DNA of 64,000 nucleotides from Malacoraja senta (lineage: Eukaryota), in NCBI GenBank assembly GCA_038087875.1, contig JAXLNO010000253.1:1-64000 (forward strand), written 5' to 3'. The position numbers and the translations under genes were made by a program. Position 1 is the first letter of the stretch, and each line of letters opens with the position of its first letter. This document shows positions 25,781 through 38,966 of the stretch, piece after piece. The notes below the pieces were generated by a model, which was not told where the DNA came from, ran no database searches, and saw only the letters and a program-made list of their open reading frames with translations.

Positions 25781-27054
25781 ACGTTTGTACGTTATGTGGA
25801 TTCACTGCACATTGGGAGCGCTGTCTATAAATTAGATATTGTGCTCTTTACTGCAGAATGGTTCTTTATTGCTCTGTGACCCTTTACCTTTCCCCGTAAT
25901 GCACCCATTGCACAGATACCAAATTTAGTAAAAACCCTGAAACCAGGGAAGATTTGGGATGAAAATCAAGGAACTGCAGGTGCTGATTTACAACAAAAAA
26001 AAGGCACAAAGTGCTGGAGTAACTCAGCGGGTCAGGCAGCATCCGTGGAGAACATGGATAGGTGACGTTTCACAGAGTGCTGGAATAACTCAGGGGGTCA
26101 CGTTTGATGCCCATAGTAAGAGTTCCAGCATTGGGCAGCTCATTCAGAGAGTTCACTGTTTGTGTGAAGTGTTGTCTTTGATATAGCTGGCATGTAGCTG
26201 TGCCAGTTTGATTATGAAAATAGTCAATGTGTTCTTCTACCCTGTAGGTTTCACTACTGCAGACACATTTGAATTTCACTGAACCTTAATTGGTACATGT
26301 GACGATAAACTGACCTTGAAACATTGGGCCTAGAGTTATTTTACCAGACCCTGTCCACCCAGTGTTTGATATTTTGAGGTAAATGTAGAATGTTCTCACC
26401 TGCTGCTGTTTCTCCCTCTACAGTTATTCTACTTGTTTCTGGTTGATGTGCCAATGTCTTTGGAGATCTTCTAATGTCCCCAGTTTTCTATGGTTTGTGA
26501 TAGATGGGCTTTGTCAACTTGCTGTTCCAAGTACTGCTTGAGATAGAGGGTGTGATCAAGGATGTCAGGAGATTTTAATCATTAAAGTGATTTTATTTTG
26601 CTATAACCAAGTCTATCTAATCTAGTCTTTGTGGAGATGATATGAAGATAAGGCTCTCGTTTAGACCCTCTTGTGGTTTTAATGGGGATAAATCTTTGAG
26701 AAAGATTAACAATGTCCTTTCCTAATTGCTTTGTGGTCACGTTCCTTGTATTTCAGGGTGCTGGAATGTTGAGCAGAAGTGCTGGAGGAACTCTGAGGGT
26801 CAGGCAGCATCTGTGGGGGAAATAGACCGATGGCATTTTGGGTTAGAAACCTACAGACTGGAGTAGGGGAGTAAGATGGAAAGTGGGGGTGGGACAAAGC
26901 CTGGCATGTGGGGGTGGGTGATTGGCAGATGGATGGAATAAGAGACAAAGGCCAGAGGTGAAAGTGATAAAAACATGTTGGATAAGAAGGGTAGAGGTGT
27001 GGAAGATGAAGCCAGAGGGAGATTTATGGGTGAATGGGACATGGGAGGGGATAG

Positions 27055-27630
27055 TTCAAGTTCAAGTGAGTTTATTGTCATGTGTCCCTGATAGGACAAT
27101 GACATTCTTGTTTTGCTTCAGCACAACAGAACATAGTAGGCATTGACTACAAAACATATCAGTGTGTCCATATACCATTATATAAATATATACACACATG
27201 AATAAATAAACTGATAAAGTGCAAATAACATATAATGGACTATTAATGTTCAGAATTTTGTCCGGGCCAAGTTTAATAGCCTGATGGCTGTGGGGAAGTA
27301 GCTATTCCTGAACCTGGTCGTTGCCGTCTTCAGGCTCCTGTACCTTCTACCTGAAGGTAACAGGGAGATGAGTGTGTGGCCAGGATGATGTGGGTCCTTG
27401 ATGATACTGCCAGCCTTTTTGAGACTGCGATAGATCCCCTCGATGGAAGGAAGGTCAGAGCCGATGATGGACTGGGCAGTGTTTACTACCTTGTGTAGTC
27501 TTTTCCTCTCCAGGGCGCTCAAGTTGCTGAACCAAGCCACGATGCAACCGGTCAGCATGCTCTCTACTGTGCACCTGTAGAAGTTAGAGAGAGTCCTCCT
27601 TGACAAACCGACTCTCGGTAATCTTCTCAT
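27055..27630 (-). mobile_element. Rex1/Babar 3' fragment
   Basis: [15 protein letters not shown]...LPSGRRYRS; (CTTGAA)n tail. Confidence 0.88.
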
Positions 27631-27689
27631 GAAGTGGAGGCTAACCCAGGATAAAAGGGAAATGTGGCATGGAGGTGAGAAATCAGCAT

Positions 27690-27856
27690 ACTGGTGATAG
27701 GAACCCCCTCTTTCCCTACACCCACACCCCCTACCCTGGTGATGGGAACCCCCTCTTTCCCTGCACCCCCCACATTGGTGATGGGAACCCCTTCTTTCCC
27801 TGCACCCCCCACCCTGGTGATGGAACCCCCTCTTTCCCTGCACCCCCACCCTGGTG
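27690..27856. repeat. ~40-bp C-rich minisatellite, about 4 copies
   Basis: CTGGTGATGGGAACCCCCTCTTTCCCTGCACCCCC unit. Confidence 0.85.
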
Positions 27857-28989
27857 TGAACACTTCCCTCAACACCTTGGTCACTCTGCTCCTTCCCTCT
27901 GTATGCTCACCTCCAAAACCAGTCTCATATTTCACTCTATCCCCTTCCACCCAGCTTTACGTTTCACTCTTCTCATCTGTTGCACCTTTTGTCTCCTTGT
28001 CACCCCTAGCCAATGTCAGAACCCATCACCCTCTCCCCTGTATCCACTAATCACATAACAGGCTTTGTCCTGCTCCCACCTCTTTCCCACTTTCTCAGCC
28101 CGACTCCATCAGTCTGAAAGGGTCCCAACAGGAAACAACAGCATCTGTCCATTCTCTTTGTGGTCGGGTAGATGGTGCCTGATCTGCCAAGTACCTCCAG
28201 CACTTTGTTTTGGACCAGGTTACATCCCCTGGTTAAAGTCATCCTAGTTGGCTGCTGTTGCAGGGAAAGTAGTTTAATGTTGATGGCACTTGTGTTTAAC
28301 TCATTACAATTAGGTAATCTTGCCCCTTCCATTCACCCAACTGTAGCTTTGTTTGGAATTGGTCTAAATCTATATTTGGTTTAGTATGTTTGTGTCTGTT
28401 GCCAGAATCCATTTCCTCTCCTCTCTGCTCCTTTCTAAAGGGGTGACCAATTAGTGTTAGTTTCCACCCAGGATCTCCAAAGACTGGTTCCTCTGATGCA
28501 GGAAGAGTCTGCCAGGGTTAGACGGTCTTCCCCATTCTGCCAAATGTTGCATAAACTGGGCCAAACTTCACTACTGTTCCTTTACTTGTACGTCTCATTT
28601 AATTCAAAGTATTTCTTTGTCAGTTAAAGTAGTATCTGGTTTGTCATGGTGTGTTTCTCCAGATATTTGAACTGCCTGTATGCTCCTATCTGTTTCTGTT
28701 TGTGCACAGGGTTTCAATGTCCATGGTAAAGGGCACAGTATCAGGGGCAGTGTCAGGGAGAACACTTCATGTGACATGGTAAGTTTCACATTTAGGGACA
28801 CAGCGCGGAAACAGGCCCTTTGGCCCATAGAGTCTGCACCGACCAGCGATCCCTGCACATTAACACTATCCTACACACACTAGGGACAATGTTACATTTA
28901 TACCAAGTCAATTAACCTACAAACCTGCACATCTTTGGAGTGTGGGAGGAAAGTGAAGATCTCTGAGAAAACCCACTTAGTCACTGGGC

Positions 28990-29582
28990 TGGGGTAAATA
29001 ATGTTATAAACACACAGGGGTGCAAAATAAACCCTGTCTGGGGTAAAACTGAGGTAAAGTAAGTAACTTTATTAGCCAAGTATTCACATACAAGGAATTT
29101 GCCTTGGTGCTCCGCCCACAAGTAACAACAGGACATACAGTGACAGTAAATAATGTTATAATACAGTAAATAATGTTAGAAACACACAGGGGAGCGGAAT
29201 AAACCCGGTCTGGGGTAAAACTGGGGTAAATAATGTTATAAACACACAGGGGAACAAAATACACACACAGCCCCACAGCCATCAGGATATTGAACTCAAC
29301 TCAAACAAAACTCTGAATATTAATAGCCCATTATCTGTTTATTTGCACTTTATCTGTTTCATTTATACATATGTGTATATATTTGTACAATGGTATATGG
29401 ACACACTGATCTGTTCTGTATTCATGCCGTCTATATTCTGTTGTGCTGAAGCAAAGCAAGAATTTCATTGTCCAATCTGGGACACACGACAATAAACTCC
29501 CTTGAATCTTGAATAAACCCTGTCTGGGGTAAAACTGAGGTAAATAATGTTCTAAACACACAGGGGAGCGGAATAAACGCGG
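28990..29582. repeat. ~65-bp repeat array interrupted by two LINE 3'-end fragments (incl. Rex1 29270-29512)
   Basis: TAAATAATGTTATAAACACACAGGGG...GTCTGGGGTAAAACTG recurs about 4 times. Confidence 0.7.
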
Positions 29583-29639
29583 TCATTCGATTCTTGGTCA
29601 GGATGTGACATTTACATCAGAAATAAGACAGGTCTCTTA

Positions 29640-30020
29640 CAGGTCTGTCACCCAGCCTGGCACTGCCCCAATCCCACTATGGCCGTTACCCCCACTCTCC
29701 CCACTATGGCAGTCAGTGGGGTTCAGTAAACGGGGGAACCCAGAGGATCTGTCCTGACCCTTTAATTAGGCAGGTTCATGAGCCCTTAAAACCTGGGACC
29801 TCTGCTGCAGTCTCATTAAATTTCCTATTAAAGCGACTGGAAGATGCCTTGCAGGGCTGTCCCCCAGCCTGGAACTGCCCCAGTCCCACTATGGCCGTGA
29901 CCCCCACTCTGCACACTGGCAGTCAGTGGGGTTCAATAAAGGGAGGAACCCACAAGAACTGCCCTCACCCATTAATTAGGCTGGTTCAGGAGCAGGACCT
30001 CTGCGACAGTGTCATTAAAA
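29640..30020. repeat. Diverged direct repeat, ~212-bp period, 2 copies
   Basis: CCCAGCCTGG...CCCACTATGGCCGT...GGCAGTCAGTGGGGTTCA starting near 29641 and 29853. Confidence 0.8.
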
Positions 30021-30369
30021 AAACACTCACAATTATATTCATATTATTTTTATATGATATAATTATATTTAATTATATATGATTACAGTCATATTTACAA
30101 GTCATATATATATATAGGTATAATATATATATAGGTATAATATATAGTTTAAATGGACTGCCACACGGAAATAGGCTGCTCATGGTGTAATATGGGCATT
30201 GGCCACTAGATGCCGCTTACTTTCCCGATCTCATTTTCTAATTAGTTTAATTAATTAATGTGCAACTTTTGGCACTGACGAGTTATGACATCCTTCTCAA
30301 TTATATTTCCTCTAAATCTGTGGCAAATTTCATGTAGTTCTGTGACGTGGGTCACGAAAATGGATTTCT

Positions 30370-31057
30370 AGACATTTTTGATGCTCGGTCCACAGCCTAT
30401 GGGTGGAATTCTCAGTGGTAAAGTATGCGACGAATTACTTTGTGATACTGAACTGACACTTGCCCGAGCTGAACATGCTTGTCGTATTAATGAGATCATG
30501 ACCTCTCACAACAGGTCATTGGGACCCGGACCGCATTCCTCATACCATGTCGATGCTACCGACACTTCCTACCGTAACCAGCGCTCACAACCCCACACAC
30601 CATCTCAACAATCTTAAAGATTATTGGAAAGTGTTCCAACTGTAGCGGCTCCCACCTTGCAGATCGCAAACTTTGCTTTGTTCTCGGAAAAATATGCCAT
30701 TTTTGCAAAAGAAGAAATAATTTCTCATAATGTTGCAGTACTCGTGGAATCTGATCACTCCCAAGGCAGTCTGTACACTGGTTAAAACATGAAGCTGCTG
30801 ATAGCAAGGACCAAGAGCTAGCAGCGCCACCTCCAGCTCTACTCCCTGAGCATGAAGATAGCAGCCATAACATAAAGACCCTGGTTGCTTCCACTAACAA
30901 GTAACTCAACCCTGAAGTTTCACTTCATGTCAACAACACCATTACTGTTGCAAAGATCGACACTGGAGCTAAATGCAACGTCATGTCATTATCCGAATTT
31001 AAACGGATCAGAAATGCCGAATGTATTGTAAACACTTCGACTACTTTGTTAACCTAC
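30370..31057 (+). mobile_element. Gypsy LTR retrotransposon gag-protease remnant
   Basis: LLCDTELTLARAEHACRINE, a CSNC...H...C...ICHFC knuckle and protease KIDTGAKCNVM. Confidence 0.75.
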
Positions 31058-31383
31058 AATAGACAATAGACAATAGGTGCAGGAGTAGGCCATTCGGCCC
31101 TTCGATCCAGCACCACCATTCAATGTGATCATGGCTGATCATTCCCAATCAGTACCCCATTTCTGCCTTCTCCCCATATCCCGCTGACTCCGCTATCTTT
31201 AAGAGTCCTATCTAGCTCTCTCTTAAAAGCATCCAGAGAACCTGCCCCCACCACCCTCTGAAGCAGAGAATTCCACAGACTCACAAATCTCTGTGAGAAA
31301 AAGTGTTTCCTCGTCTCCGTTCTAAATGGCTTACCCCTTATTCTTAAACAGTGGCCCCTGGTTCTGGACTCCCCCAACATCGG
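31058..31383 (-). mobile_element. CR1 3' fragment
   Basis: ORF 31129-31380; (TCTATTG)n tail. Confidence 0.9.
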
Positions 31384-32369
31384 TGTAGCGGCAGATTTTT
31401 CTTATCTTTTGAGAAACAAGTTCTCTAGCCGCTATTTGGATGAGAATGGGGAATATCTTCGATACGCATGCAAGCTTCCTCAGTGGCCTTCAGAGCTTCT
31501 TCACTCATAAAGCTTCAACACAGTATTTTGTTGAATAAATACTTTATTGTTGATGGTAAACAGCAAGATACATCCAAGTTTCTTCCGACTCGTTACTGCA
31601 ATCTTCCTTCAATTCCAACTTGCAACTTTAAACATTACAAAACTCCTCGTGTCTCCGTAACATTGACATGGTCGAAGGATTGACCTTCTCCATCGTCTCT
31701 CCAAACTAATCTAAAAACTAGACTTCTGCGCAAGCATCTAAGCTCCAAACACGCCCAAAAACATGTCATAAATCCCACCCACAATACAACGGGCAGTCTA
31801 AAATTTAAAGGCACATGCCATCATCAATGACATGCAAAACAGGCCAAATGGCCACTACACCTGCCATCTGCTGAATTTCTTCAAGGTTGCCATAAAGGTG
31901 AGATTCACCTTCTGTGTTTCTTTTTGATGGTGGAGTTGCCCGTCTTTGATTGCCCAAACCTGTTCAGAGAGAGGGTACAATTTAAATTGTTTTCACCTTT
32001 TATAAAGTCAAAGAGTCATAGAGTCATAGAGCACAGAACCATGTCCTTTGGCTCAACTAGTCTATACCATCCAAGTTGCCCCATCCAAGCTAGTCCCATG
32101 TGCCTGCAATTCACCCATTTTAGCGGATGTAGAAACGACGACTACGTTTTCTGAACGGTTTTTATTGAACACTCGCTCCTTAGCAAACAGGTCTCTGCAT
32201 ACACGTCTGATCACAACGGTGGTCAGCAAAACAACTGTGGCGCCAAAACGAAACCGCACGCAAACAGCAGCCTCTCCCGAGTCACGTGACCGCGGCTTCC
32301 AAACGCCGGGTTCGATATCTACGTGCGCCAGCAGGCTCCGCTACACCATGACCTTAACCTTTCTTCTCC

Positions 32370-33230
32370 AAAGATTCAAATGTATTTTATTGTCATGTGC
32401 ACCAATTAAGGTGCAATTAAACTCAATTTATCATAGTCATACTAGAAAAAGCAACAAGACACACAACTACAGAAAAGTTAATATAAACATCCACCACAGT
32501 GGATTCTCCACATTCCTCACTGTGACGGAAGGCGATAAAGTCTAATCTTCTTCACTCTTTATTCTCCTGTGGTCGGGGCAGTCGAACCATTCGCAGTCGG
32601 GGTGATAGAAGCTCCCACAGCCGACGATTGAAGCCCCCAGGTCAGGGCGGTCGAAGCTTCTGCGCCTTGGAGCTCCCGTAGTCGATCCCTAACCAAGGGA
32701 CCACGTGCTCCATGATGTTAAATCCGCAGGCTCCCACGGTTGGAGCTCCCGTAGTCGATCCCTAAACAAGGGACCACGTGCTTCATGATGTTAAATCCGC
32801 AGGCTCCCATGGTTGGAGCTCCCGTAGTCGATCCCTAACCAAGGGACCACGTGCTCCACGATGTTAAATCCACAGGTTCCCGAGGTTGGAGCTCCCGAAG
32901 TCGATCCCCGACAGGGACCACCAGCTCCACGATGTTATATCCTGCAGGCTCCCACGGTTGGAGCTCCCGAAGTCAATCCCCAGCAAGAGGCCGCCAGCAC
33001 CCCGATGTTAGGCCACAGTGCAGATGCGGATGGAGATACGATACGGAAACAATGCATCTTCGTCGAGGTAAGAGATTTTAAACAGTTCCCCCAACCTCCC
33101 TCCACTCCCACATAAAATAAAGCTAAAGAACACTAAAACATCCATTTAACACATACTAAAAAACATCAAAGAAGGAAAAGGACGAGACAGACTGTTGGCG
33201 AGGCGGCCATTGCGGTGCCACCAGGTGGTT
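32370..33230 (-). mobile_element. Non-autonomous retroposon with internal 73-bp minisatellite (32669-32970)
   Basis: GC-rich head near 33225, AATAAA plus TTTGAA-type tail near 32375, about 4 tandem units. Confidence 0.6.
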
Positions 33231-34202
33231 CATGTACCTACCTAAGTGTCTTTTAAATGCAGTTATAGTTCCTTCCTCAACGACCTTCTCTGTCAGCTTG
33301 TTCCATATGACCACCATCATCTGAGTGAAAAAACTGCCAATCAGGTTCCTCTCAACTTAAACCTATGTCTTCTAGTTTTTGATTACTTTATACTGGGTCA
33401 AAGACTCTGCACACTCACCCTATCTATTCCCCTCATGATTTTACACAATTTAATTTCACACATTGAACAAAACACAATAGAGATTCCATTAACTCTGTTT
33501 TCCACAAATATGATAAACACAATATGTAATTATTTTTTCCCAACATTACCAGATTCAGAATTGGTGATGTGTTTCTCTCCAACTTACTTTCAAATGTGTT
33601 GTGCTGACTCTTGTTAATGGGTACATTATTTGGTTTGCTTATTTTGATGTACTTTTGGATTGTCATAGGTTAACTGGATATTAATCCAAGACTCTTTGAG
33701 GTTAATAGTCCAGAAGCACAGGTTTAAATCCTATTTGATAATCCGAGAATTTGGATTCAGTTCATGAAAAATATTGTGAATAAAATGGTGGTGCAATGAT
33801 GGGAATGAGTGACAGAAGTCAAATTACATGGATAGATCATGTGTTACATGGACAGGATGCCCAAGAAGATGGTGATGGAGAATATGAGGCACAGGGTGAG
33901 CATGGATTTGAGTTACGGTATGGATTCCATGATAGAGCTGGACAGAACATGGGTGGGAAGGCACAGGAGACCATGAATGATGTAAGGCCAACATGTGGAG
34001 GTATCTAGCAGAGTTGAAAATATCTGGAGAGTGGACAAATGCATCTTTGCACTGCAGAGTTTTCACAAGTCAAGATGACAAGTAAAGGAGCAACTGAATG
34101 TATAATTGTACATACAGTTAATATATTCAATGTGTAATTTTATATTTCTAATGATCAGTTATTGGAATGGTTTATTTTTTTAATGGGAAAAAATGGTGAT
34201 TT

Positions 34203-37200
34203 ATAGTAAGATTAAACGAGAACTTACCTAAGTTTGAAGTTTGATCTTTATTTTATGAGGAGTTACGTAGGTGATTATTTGAAGAACCCTGCCAGTGCGC
34301 CTGCGCGTCAATCTTCAAAGCAGCGGTGTGAAATCACAAAAAACAACAACCAAAGTAATATAGTCTCATAATAAAACGAGTAATACAAGAACTTCCATCT
34401 GACCTTTATGATAGAGGGTAGGGTCGTGGTGGGCACGTAATCACCTAAGTAACACCTCATAAAATAAAGATCAAACTTCAAACTTAGGTAAGTTCTCGTT
34501 TAATCTTACTATTTTACTTCGGAGTCACGTGAGTGACTACGTGAAGATTTTAAAGCTTTGTGATTTCATGCCGTGGATCAATCCCGGCTTCTCACTGCAA
34601 AGATTGACTCGGAACGAGAATAAGCAATCATGCATTCATAATAACATTTGTACCACAAATGCAGTAATTCATTTCAATAATTAAATGAATCAGATCCCCT
34701 TTAAATCAGAGGAATTTACACAGAACTTAAAATAGTTTCTGCAAACAACCCCGCATTAACAATAGGCCGATGGTAAAAATGTTGAAACATCAACTCATTA
34801 GACCACCCGGCGGCTGCGAGGATATGGTCGACGGGGCCGTCTTTTGCCCTGGCCGCCGACGTTTCTGCTGCCCTAGTCGAGTGAGACGTAAAAAACATAA
34901 GTGTTAATACCAGCAGCTGTTAAGACTTCTTTTATCCATCTGGAAATAGTCTGTATTGAAACTCTCTTGTGTGGTTTCTTGTGTGTGATCAACAACCCAG
35001 TTTCCGTATTCTCAAATTCTTTGTGACCTCAATGTATTGTAATAAATATGTCTTAATACAGAGACATGGATCATTTGGATATGCTGCAAGCATAATTTTA
35101 AATCCTGTCACACCTGGCCTAATTTACTTTAGTAGGTCATAGATATAGAATGTAACCTTGTCTTCAGTTACTTCCATACTGTCTATTTGTAATTTTCCAA
35201 GTGTTTGCACTCGTTCTGCTGTCACACATGCCATAAGCATGAATACTTTCATACTGAGATTGACCAAAGGTAAAGACACACTTGATGACCATTCACGAAG
35301 TAGTTTCAGTACCACACTTACATCCCAGATTGTCACGTACCTAGGTTTCGGTGGTTTGGAATTAAAGATTCCTTTCATTAGTCTGGAAACAATTGGGTGT
35401 GACCCAATTGAGTTTCTTTCTGAATCCAGAACCAAATATGAGGACAATGCACTTCTGGCTGAATTAATTGCACTACAACTCAGACCTTCATCATAATAAA
35501 GTTTTGACAGAAATTCTAAACATTTGAAATATCTGCAGTACTTTATTGCATATTCTTTTGTACACAGAACTCTTCCCATTTCTTAATATAAGACAGGGAC
35601 TGTTTTTGAGTGCTCTTCCTCCCGGCTGCCGTAAGCATGTCCACAGTATGCTCAGACAGTCCTCGTCTCAGAAAAGGCATTCTTAAAACCTGCAAATCAA
35701 CAAATCCAAACGATGATATAATGGATGTTGTTACCCTGTTACAGGGTGCAGCAATAAATTACTCCTTTTTGGGACTTTCATCAACATTTGTGTTGTTAAT
35801 TCTAATATCAACAGATACCATGGCTGTGTAGGCCAATCTGGTACTACCAATACCCTTGAAGCAGCATCTTGCCTGATTTTAAGCAAACATTGGCTTATGA
35901 GGCAGAAAGGTGGAAATATATATGAAAACATACCACCCCAATGTAGCGAGAAAGCATCAATCGCCACTGCTCCTGGATCTGGTTTCCATGAGACATATCT
36001 CGATAGCTGATGATTCAAGTTGATGTCGGTCATTCCAAATCTGATTACTGTATCATTGAATACCTCTTGATTCAACATCCATTCTTTATTATCATGGAAC
36101 TTTTCGTGACCTGGTGTCTGCTATCGTGTTCATTCTACCTGGTAGATAGATAGCTGAAATCCAAATGTTCTTTTCAATACACCAAGACCCAAGTTGATTT
36201 AACCATTTTGTCACATGACACCGACTTAATTCCACCCATATCATTAATATAGGCAACTACTGTTGTGTTTATTAATTTGAACTTAAACCTTCCTTTTAGT
36301 TGTGTTAGAACCATAAGCTTGGAGTCCATAGAAACCTCCTAAAAGCTCCAAATAGGTAATTCCCCATGTCTGCAGTAACACTAACTTTTCCTGATTCCAT
36401 CTGCCTCCGCAGCTCCATGTTAAGTCAGTTGCACCCCATCCTAGTGCACAGTTTGTAATATCATGGAAGGTTGTTCAATCAGCACTTTGCCTGAACTGCT
36501 TGAGACATGTAGAATCCACCACTGCAGCTTAGAAACAGCATTTGTTGTTACTTGCATGGTTCTATCAAAATGACCAGCATTTACTCTCAGTGCCTGTTCT
36601 TTAATTCTCTGCAGCTGTTGATAATATAATGGTCCATACTGGACTGCTGGGAATCTACTAATTTTCCCAGTACTCGAGCCCCCTGTCTGATTAGAGGTTT
36701 TTGCTCGTTTAACAGATTACTGCAATCTTTAATCAACTCCACCCTTTTTTCACTGGGCAAAGTAATTTGCATTTGGGCTAAATCAATTGTGAACCCCAAA
36801 TAATTAATCGAGGTACATGTTTTTAACCTTGATTTCTTTGGATGAATTTAGAAAACCCCCAAACTTTCTAAAGTTTGATTTTTTACTGCAACCGATGCTT
36901 CTGTTGACTGTTTTGTCCTTCCTATAATCAGGACATCATCCAGGTATGTCATTAGTACATGCCCCTGGCTCTCAGCAACCCCAGAATTGATTTTAACAAT
37001 TTTATGAATATTCTGGGAGGGAACGTTAACCCTTTAGGCAGAGCTTTGAACTGCCCTAATTGGTTCATCCATGTAAATTTAAAATACTTCATATCTTGCA
37101 AGTGAACAGACACTGAACAAAAGGATTCAGACTTGTCAAGTCTATAATAATCCTACATCCTCCATCCTTTTTTGATCGAGGGAATATATTTGACCCAAAT

Positions 37201-38966
37201 TGGTGAATTTGGTAGACTGATTCTTTAATACACCTTTTATATATAGGGTTTTGAAGCGCAACTTGAACCTCCATTACTTCGCAAAGTGGAGAGTTCTGCT
37301 AGGAACATGCTGGACAGGCAAATCATAATTTGGATTGAATTCAATTCGAAATCCTTGTATGTTATTCAGAATTACCACATCTGAAGTCATCTTCTTCCAA
37401 TGTTTATAGAAGAGACGTAATCTGCCTCCAACTTTTGGACTTAATCCAGTTAGTATGTTCCCCTGAGAACCAGGTCCACCTACCTCTTGAGTCATTTGAG
37501 TATTCTGAGATCCCTGGATTCTCCCGGAAGCACCACCACTGGTCCTTACTCCCGCTGCAGGCCGCCAGGTACGTCCCTGCGTTGATGAGTGACTTGGTCC
37601 TGGTCTAGGATCCGTATGACGTCTGAAAGGATACTTCCTCTTTACAGACTTTGCAACCATTGATGTTTTTATCAATCCTGTTTTCGCTTCATCTTCCAAC
37701 TCTTTAAAACCTCTCCCGAGATCCTCTCCAAAGAGAATGTTGGGTAATTGTATATTACTTGGTTTGCAGAGTGCTGCGAATTTCGGATTCATAGTAGGCC
37801 GTATAGCACTTTCCTCAGATAATTGATGTCGAAGTGGGTGCTGCATAGCAACCCCAGTGCTTGCTGATGCAACTTCGTCATCTTTTGGCTGTTACCTGCT
37901 ATTCTGGTAAAAGCAGTTATTCCAGAACCCAGCAGCTTTAATATTCTCTGCAACTGATTCCAGATAATTTGGTTCACTTCTGCTGCTTTCAGCAACCCAC
38001 AGTTACTTGGGGTCTCCTGCTTTCTTGCAGTCTCATCCATCTCCTGCTGTTCCAGCTAATGGTAAACCAAGTAATTTATTAAGGAGGCCAGTTCTTCTCC
38101 TAATGGCTCTCCTGACCCTGATGGGGCAGCGAATCCTACTGCCAGGGGTGGAACATCTGGCAGCTGCCGTTCATCGCCTTGTACAGCCTCACCGTCAGAG
38201 TCGGGGTCTGAAATCTCATGACCCGTAGCACGCTCCTCATTCCTGAGGGTGCATTCCATCAGCCCTGAACCAGGTGCTGTTAAGCTGCTCCTGCAGCTTG
38301 GATTACAGTACATTCCTTCCTGAGTGAACTTTGCTCCAACAGCCTATGAAAAAGGCTTTCTATTTGGGCAATCCGCTCGAAAGCAGTATCTAGTCCTGTA
38401 CCAGGAGCTGTTTGAGCTGTTTCCAGCAGCTTGGCTTTCAGTACACTCCTCCCCGAGTGAACTTTGCTCCAACAGCCTATGTAAAAGGCTTTCTATTTGG
38501 GCAATACGCTCGAAAGCAGTATCTAGCCCTGGAGCTACTTCCATTGCTTGGGACTCCCTCCGTGGGCGGTTGGGATTTAAACTTTGTCTTTTGCCTGACA
38601 GGCGCTGACTGTGTTTTCACCAGCCCCAGGTCCACAGTCGCTATGCTCACCACTGGCGACTGTACCGGGGTTTAGAGGCGGTTGGTCTCTAACTGCAGAC
38701 TCCCGACTTTCCCGACTTCTGTCGGCTGTGTCGCTCGCCTCTTCCCCCTGTCCATTTTTTCCATGGCGTCTGTGGAAAAAATCCCCATAGACCCACAGTA
38801 AACGGACCTGGAAAACCTGAAAACTTACCTTGTAGTTGAAAAACTACAAACCACTGTAGGAGCTCTGCTCCTCATGTCCGTTTGCGTCAAGGCGTCTGAC
38901 GTAATGACGCGCAGGCGCACTGGCGGGGTTCTTCACGTAGTCACTCACGTGACTCCGAAGTAAAAT
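34203..38966 (-). mobile_element. DIRS1-type tyrosine-recombinase retrotransposon, full length but degenerate
   Basis: ITR 34281-34310 vs 38905-38934; ICR 34438-34547 complementary to both termini; RT YLDD near 36940; MT-like DAFSLHW...YIFPPF...PDWPTQPWY; YR HSTRAA...AAGW...FQHFY. Confidence 0.93.
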
